49,902 bases of DNA from assembly GCA_046292385.1 (NCBI GenBank), contig JBKBRF010000049.1, positions 1 to 49,902 on the forward strand, written 5' to 3'. The notes below the pieces were generated by a model that was not told the origin of the DNA, searched no databases, and worked only from the letters and a program-made list of their open reading frames with translations. The translations under genes were made by a program, and so were the position numbers. This stretch comes from Armatimonadota bacterium (GTDB lineage Bacteria > Armatimonadota > SYMT01). Below, piece after piece: positions 44,149 to 49,902 of the stretch. The stretch's first letter is position 1. Each line of letters starts with the position of its first letter.

Positions 44149-45426
44149 ATGATCGACCGTCGAGACCTGATCAAGAAGAGCGTGCTGGCCGGGGCCGGTC
44201 TCGCTGCGTGGGGAGCCCCCCTGCGCCCGGCGACCGCGGCGAATGAACGCGTCACCCTGGCGGTAATGGGCGTGAACGGCCGCGGCTCCGACCTGGCCCG
44301 CGGCTTCGCCGCCACGGGGGAGGCGGAGATCGCCTACCTGTGCGACGTCGACTCCCGCGCGATCCAGAAAGCCGCCGCGGCGCTGGCGGCGAAGGGGTAC
44401 GCGGGGAAGCCGCGGGGCCTGGGCGACTTCCGCAAGGCGCTCGACGATCCGAAGGTCGACGCGCTCGTCATCGCCGCTCCGAACCACTGGCACGCGCCGG
44501 CGACGATCCTGGGCTGCGCCGCGGGGAAGCACGTCTACGTGGAGAAGCCGGCCTGCCACAATCCCCGCGAGGGCGAGCTGATGGTCCGGGCCGCCCGCAA
44601 GCACCGCCGGGCGGTACAGCTCGGCACCCAGCGGCGCAGCATGCCGGGCGTGATGGAGGCGATCCGGCGACTGAAGGCGGGGGAGATCGGCAAGGTCCAC
44701 TTCGCGCGCGGCTGGTACAACAACAGCCGGCCTGCCATCGGCCACGGCAAGACGGCGCCGGTGCCGGACTGGCTCGACTACTCCCTCTGGCAGGGACCCG
44801 CCCCGGAGCGGCCGTACAAGGACAACCTGGTCCACTACAACTGGCACTGGCACTGGCACTGGGGCAACGGCGAGCTGGGGAACAACGGCATCCACGCGCT
44901 CGACGTCTGCCGGTGGGGCCTGGGGGTGGACTACCCGCAGCGCGTCACCTCCGGCGGCGGCAAGTACCGCTGGAACGATGATCAGGAGACACCGGACACC
45001 CACACCGCCACGTTCGACTTCGGGGACAAGTCGATCACCTGGGAAGGACGGAGCTGGCACCGGCGCGGCTTCGAGGGCTCCATGTTCGGCATCGCCTTCT
45101 ACGGCGACGGCGGCTCCATGATCATCGACGGCGGCCAGGCGGTGATCTACGACGCGCAGGATAAGGAAACCGCCCGGATCAGCGGCTCCGGCAGCGACGA
45201 GCCGCACCTGCGGAACTTCCTGGCGTGCGTGCGGAGCGGCGCCACCCCGAATGCGGAGATCGAGGAGGGGCACAAGAGCACGCTGCTCTGCCACCTCGGC
45301 AACATCGCCTACCGGACGGAGAGGACGCTGCAGGTCGACCCGAAGAACGGGCACATCAAAGGCGACCGCGAGGCGCAGGCGCTCTGGGCCCGGGAGTACC
45401 GCCGCGGCTGGGAGCCGAAGGTCTAG
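44149..45426 (+). CDS. Gfo/Idh/MocA oxidoreductase with Tat signal
   Basis: DRRDLIK, GVNGRG, PNHWHA, KHVYVEKP, QLGTQRRS; AGGAGG RBS. Confidence 0.92.
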   Translation: MIDRRDLIKKSVLAGAGLAAWGAPLRPATAANERVTLAVMGVNGRGSDLARGFAATGEAEIAYLCDVDSRAIQKAAAALAAKGYAGKPRGLGDFRKALDDPKVDALVIAAPNHWHAPATILGCAAGKHVYVEKPACHNPREGELMVRAARKHRRAVQLGTQRRSMPGVMEAIRRLKAGEIGKVHFARGWYNNSRPAIGHGKTAPVPDWLDYSLWQGPAPERPYKDNLVHYNWHWHWHWGNGELGNNGIHALDVCRWGLGVDYPQRVTSGGGKYRWNDDQETPDTHTATFDFGDKSITWEGRSWHRRGFEGSMFGIAFYGDGGSMIIDGGQAVIYDAQDKETARISGSGSDEPHLRNFLACVRSGATPNAEIEEGHKSTLLCHLGNIAYRTERTLQVDPKNGHIKGDREAQALWAREYRRGWEPKV

Positions 45427-45848
45427 CGTCTACCGGAGGAGCGCAAATCCCGTGGTAGCGGAGCCGCCGAACGCCGGGCGGCTCCGTTCCTGCTTCAAGA
45501 GCTCGATTCGCCGGATTCGAGCGAATCTACAGCAGCAGGGGTTTTCGGACCGACCTTGAAGCATGGAACCGGCCGGGGCTCTGCCCGAGCCGTCGATTAG
45601 GGCTCCCGCGGGAATCTCGCGTTTCAACGGGAGGCAGCGTGGTTATCTCGTTGTAGCTGTCCCCGGCCTGTCACCCGTTCAGCCGAAAACTAGCTGGCGC
45701 GGATGGAACGGAAGCGACGTCGAGTCGGTGAGCGGGACCGTCGCTCACCGGAGCAGGTCTTCCACTCCCCCATTCTTTCGCATCCTCATTCCATCTCGTC
45801 CGAAATAGCTGGACTAAACAGCCATCTCCCCAACCGCCGACCAGCGCC

Positions 45849-46539
45849 ATGAGCCCCGAGTACCCCCTCTCCGCCGATAGTGCGTCTCAGGACGCCGCTG
45901 CCGACCAGCGTATGGCGGATCTTGCCACGTTTGCCGACGGCCTGGTGCACGACATCCGGAATCCGCTGAACGTCTTGCGCAGCAACCTTTACCTGCTGCG
46001 ACAGCGGCTGCCGGAAGACCCCCGGACGGAGCGCGCGCTGACGCGGATGGACGACCAGGTAACCGCGGCGCTGCGGCTCCTGGAGGGGGTGCAGGCGTTC
46101 TACCGGGCCGACCGGCCCTCCATGCAGCGCGTCCAGGTGAACGACCTGGTACGCAGCGTGGTCGAGAGCACCCCCTCCCAGGAGGGCGCCACGGTCACCC
46201 TGGAGCTGGCGGACGGTCTTCCGATGATCCCGGCCGATCCGCAGCTGCTCGATGCCGCGCTACGGGCGCTGCTGCGCAATGCGATGGATGCCGTCCTGCA
46301 GGGCGGGAGCGTGGTGGTGAGCACCAGCACGGCGGAAGATACGGTCAGCATCTCCGTACAGGATTCGGGCGACGGCGTGCCGGAAGAGGTGCTCTCCCAG
46401 ATCTTCCAGCCGTTCTTCACCACGCGGCGCGGACGCTCCGGCCTGGGGCTGCCGCTGGTGGCGAAAGTCGCCCGGGCCCACGGCGGCTCGGCGCGCGTGC
46501 TCACCGGGGGACAGGGAACGCGGGTGGAGCTGCGCCTCC

Positions 46540-46565
<26 letters not shown>
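45849..46565 (+). CDS. Sensor-less histidine kinase (HisKA + HATPase_c)
   Basis: HDIRNPL H-box, NAMDA N-box, DSGDG, FQPFFTT, GLGL. Confidence 0.88.
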
Positions 46566-49307
<2,742 letters not shown>

Positions 49308-49340
49308 CCCTCCCGCCCCTTCGGAGCGCGAGGAGAGCTC

Positions 49341-49717
49341 GATCGCCGGCAGTTGACTGCCGGCGGAGCCAATCCGCGGAGCTCACTCCGCACCGCCATT
49401 GCTTTCAGAGCGCGTAAGGTTCCGCCGCCCCTCCAGGGCGGGAACGTGGCGGCGGCTCTGGATCCGGGGGCTGCGCTGCGCTGACCCCCGGCTATCCTCT
49501 CGCGCCCCTCCGGGGCGCCATGCCCGCCGCACCCCAGGATAGATCGCCGGCAGTTGACTGCCGGCGGAGCCAATCCGCGGAGTTTACTCCGCACCGCAGC
49601 GTGTCCTGGTCCGCAGCGTTCCGCCGCCCCTCCAGGGCGGATCTGTTGGGCCGGCGTGAGTCCGGGGGCTGCGCTGCGCTTGCACCCCGGCTACCGTCTC
49701 GCGCCCCTCCGGGGCGC
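49341..49717 (+). repeat. ~175-bp REP-like composite repeat, copies 4 and 5 in tandem
   Basis: Units ~49341-49518 and ~49541-49717, same order and variants as the 18-kb pair. Confidence 0.9.
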
Positions 49718-49730
49718 CATGCCCGACGCC

Positions 49731-49765
49731 CTCCGTCTCCCCGTCTCCCCGTCTCCCCGTCTCTC
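49731..49765 (+). repeat. Octamer array (CCGTCTCC)n, ending at the IS boundary
   Basis: About four units directly before TGGACTTACCCC. Confidence 0.8.
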
Positions 49766-49902
49766 TGGACTTACCCCCTTGGGGCGGACAGTCAGTACCC
49801 CTGGTTTAAGTGAGCGGGCTTTCGCCCTCGAACTCGGCCGGGGGCCGATAGCCGAGCGCCGAATGGAGGCGCCGGCGATTATAGATCTCCTCCAGGAAGT
49901 GC
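49766..49902 (-). mobile_element. Right end of an IS3-family insertion sequence (continues beyond the window)
   Basis: IR-like end 5'-TGGACTTACCCCCTTGGGGCGGACAG just downstream of a transposase C-terminus. Confidence 0.75.
49806..49901 (-). CDS. IS3-family transposase, C-terminal fragment
   Basis: Manual translation HFLEEIYNRRRLHSALGYRPPAEFEGESPLT* matches the IS3 OrfB YNxxRxHSxLGYxxPxEFE motif. Confidence 0.88.
   Translation of the reverse strand, partial: HFLEEIYNRRRLHSALGYRPPAEFEGESPLT

Overview
A very GC-rich bacterial chromosomal window; the gene mix suggests Armatimonadota or a similar diderm soil lineage (inference only). Housekeeping and metabolic genes: a sulfatase, an MDR dehydrogenase, nagZ, bioB-bioW, mnmE and ligA. 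There is also a stress cluster (CorC/HlyC, tandem USP, membrane c-type cytochrome, VIT1, CoA-transferase-GNAT) and a near-complete type IV pilus/T2SS-like locus (pilB, pilC, major pilin, three minor pilins, PilM-PilN fusion, PilO, secretin, PilP-like, GT-C-like membrane protein). A planctomycete-type DUF1501 / PSCyt-DUF1549-DUF1553 / DUF1501 locus follows, and the right end of an IS3-family element lies at the far edge, missed by the ORF track. The most striking unexplained signal is non-coding: repeated hairpin cassettes whose arms are short tandem repeats, with a different 7-, 8-, 9- or ~10-nt unit at each locus. Most are empty and intergenic. One boxes a four-helix-bundle (IVP/Avd-like) gene, and one is translated in frame inside the DUF1553 gene. 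A separate ~175-bp REP-like composite repeat occurs five times, each cluster ending in an octamer tail, one of which abuts the IS3 end. No rRNA, tRNA or CRISPR array was recognised. All family calls come from motif recognition by eye; no database searches were run.
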